From NCBI GenBank assembly GCA_965644295.1, contig CBFFRP010000380.1, positions 1-64,000 on the forward strand: 64,000 nt of DNA, given 5' to 3'. The first letter of the stretch is position 1. Each line of letters opens with the position of its first letter. Source of the DNA: Paraphysomonas bandaiensis. Its lineage: Eukaryota > Protista > Chrysophyceae. The position numbers and the translations under genes were made by a program. Under the pieces are notes generated by a model. It was not told the origin of the DNA. It worked only from the letters and a program-made list of their open reading frames with translations, and did not search any database. This document shows positions 62,301 to 64,000 of this stretch, piece after piece.

Positions 62301-64000
62301 TACTTGGTTCTGCCACCCTTTCTACAACAATATATCAATAATTTATCGACATAAAAGGCATTATCAAACCTGCTGGGGAGGGCTTACAATGAGGAGAACT
62401 CACCAAAGACTCTATGCTCAATGATGACAACTCTTCCAGTAACACAGATGTCGATTGATAAAGCTACATATCAACTGTTACCAGATAGTAATGATACACA
62501 TGTCTCCATCACCATCATCTCATCATCAGATAGCCCATCATTATCATCACTATCAGAGGTCTCCACAGTATACTCCATACTCATATCTTCAGATACTTTC
62601 ATCTATTAACACATCAATCTATTGATTATATTCATATATAGCCATATATACCATAGCTGTATCGAGCTCTTGCTCAAGCTCATGTGTGAGCTCCGCCAGA
62701 CGATGAATCTTATCACACATACATTATTATCATTCGATTATATTCACATAATAATCACCTCAACTGGCTCTTCCATGGGTGATCACAATGGCATGTCTGA
62801 GTGGTTATTTCATATATAGGAGGATGCCAAGCTCTTAGCAAGGAATTATAGAGTACTCTATACATACACAGCATACAGCAGTACACACATACATCACAGC
62901 AGGACATACAGCAGTACACACATACATATCACACAGTTGGACATACAGCAGTACACACATACATCACAGCAGGACATACAGCAGTACACACATACATATC
63001 ACACAGTTGGACATACAGCAGTACACACATACATATCACACAGTTGGACATACAGCAGTTTAGTATAGAGATGATGCATTGTGTACAGCAACATACAGTA
63101 CCTGACTACTTCTAACACAAGTATAGAAAGAACAATGCAGCAGTACATATTCATGCTGTGGTTGCTATCTATATACAGCAGTTGAAAAATACGAGAGTGT
63201 ATTTCAGTATCATATCAGTTGCGGAATCATGGGAATGACATTAACATTAAGTTACATGAGAATTATATCATTATACCACTCTATAAGCGCCTGTCAAGAG
63301 TAATTTATCATTAGACAAGAGAGACCATTGTCGAAGTCAGGTTGGATGCATCAAAATAGCTGTTACGAATGAATGTGGAAGAGTTCTAGCTCTAATTTAA
63401 TCTCGTGCGCTCTATTAGAGTCATGTGAATAAGCTATGCTATTAGACACCTTCCAATGGATGATCCTTGAGAATAGATATAGAAAATCACTATTGTATAT
63501 TGACTGAGTGAGGAGAATACTGAAGTTCATAACTGCTAACAGACGTGATCAGTGATAATATAACTAAGTCGATTCCAGGTAATTAATTAATGAAATAATT
63601 AATTAATGTAACAACTAGTCGTCTATATACTATCATACGAAACACGTGGTAAAAGAATATTGGTAATTTGACCTTCTGTGCACATGAGATTATGATACCC
63701 TAATAATGAAAATTTTCGATCGCTTATAACCAATCTCTTGTGCTAGTCTTCGTTTCCCTATTTATGACTATGTAGCTTCTAGAGTATATAAATTGACTTC
63801 GGATGTTGTTACCTGAAGAAGGGGTGTCGTTAGCGGATATAACCGGAGGAGGTGGTAGATCATGAGTAGATGCTGCGTTCTGAACCTTAGAGGGCGAAAC
63901 ACGTACCGGAGTTGAGGTCGCTCTACTTCTTGGGGGTAGTTTTATAGACTTACAGTAGGTGGCTTTCACCTGCAACATGGCTTGCATAGATTCGATATCT
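59341..64000 (-). CDS. Multi-exon protein of unknown function with a C-terminal GRAM/PH-like domain; 5' end probably beyond the window
   Basis: Chain of minus-strand exons with GT-AG borders (e.g. 61981-62316, 60363-60794, 59341-60237; small in-phase exons near 62760-62860 and 63100-63170). YYCAC...MPGFLYLTGNWIGV...YPLKDL is GRAM-like. Exon model incomplete. Confidence 0.55.
62872..63059. repeat. Intronic minisatellite, 33/37-bp units in A-B-A-B-B order
   Basis: CATACAGCAGTACACACATACATCACAGCAGGA alternates with CATACAGCAGTACACACATACATATCACACAGTTGGA. Confidence 0.9.

Overview
Eukaryotic nuclear DNA with many short (about 50-65 nt) GT-AG introns. The gene content (chitin synthase, GT47, REJ/mucin surface protein, RRL motifs, TTAGGG-type repeat) suggests a stramenopile, possibly a chrysophyte-like protist; this is inference. 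1-9540 (- strand) is best read as ONE giant secreted/surface-protein gene: a divergent signal-peptide exon followed by at least 6 nearly identical 1257-bp exon+intron units. Each unit is a symmetric phase-1 1203-nt exon plus a 54-nt intron with in-frame stops, and the first repeat carries a 491-bp frameshifting deletion. Then come DCP1, an intron-containing DRB0094/Rnl2-type RNA ligase, a 213-bp Mutator-like MITE and a TPR gene. A young Ty1/copia element (identical 265-bp LTRs, non-canonical TA..TT ends, CTATC TSD) splits a membrane-protein gene. Further on are a GT47 gene, a MULE with a nested 5'-truncated LINE, a 77-aa COMM-domain gene missed by the ORF track, a Tweety-like gene and a SINE-like family sharing the LINE 3' end (one copy nested antiparallel in another). 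The rest holds hAT and copia remnants, a patatin gene, a very large C-type-lectin/mucin/REJ/EGF/GPS-like membrane protein, chitin synthase and a SET-MYND gene separated almost only by (TATG)n, and a partial multi-exon gene with a GRAM/PH-like C-terminus. All family assignments come from motif recognition by eye; no searches were run.
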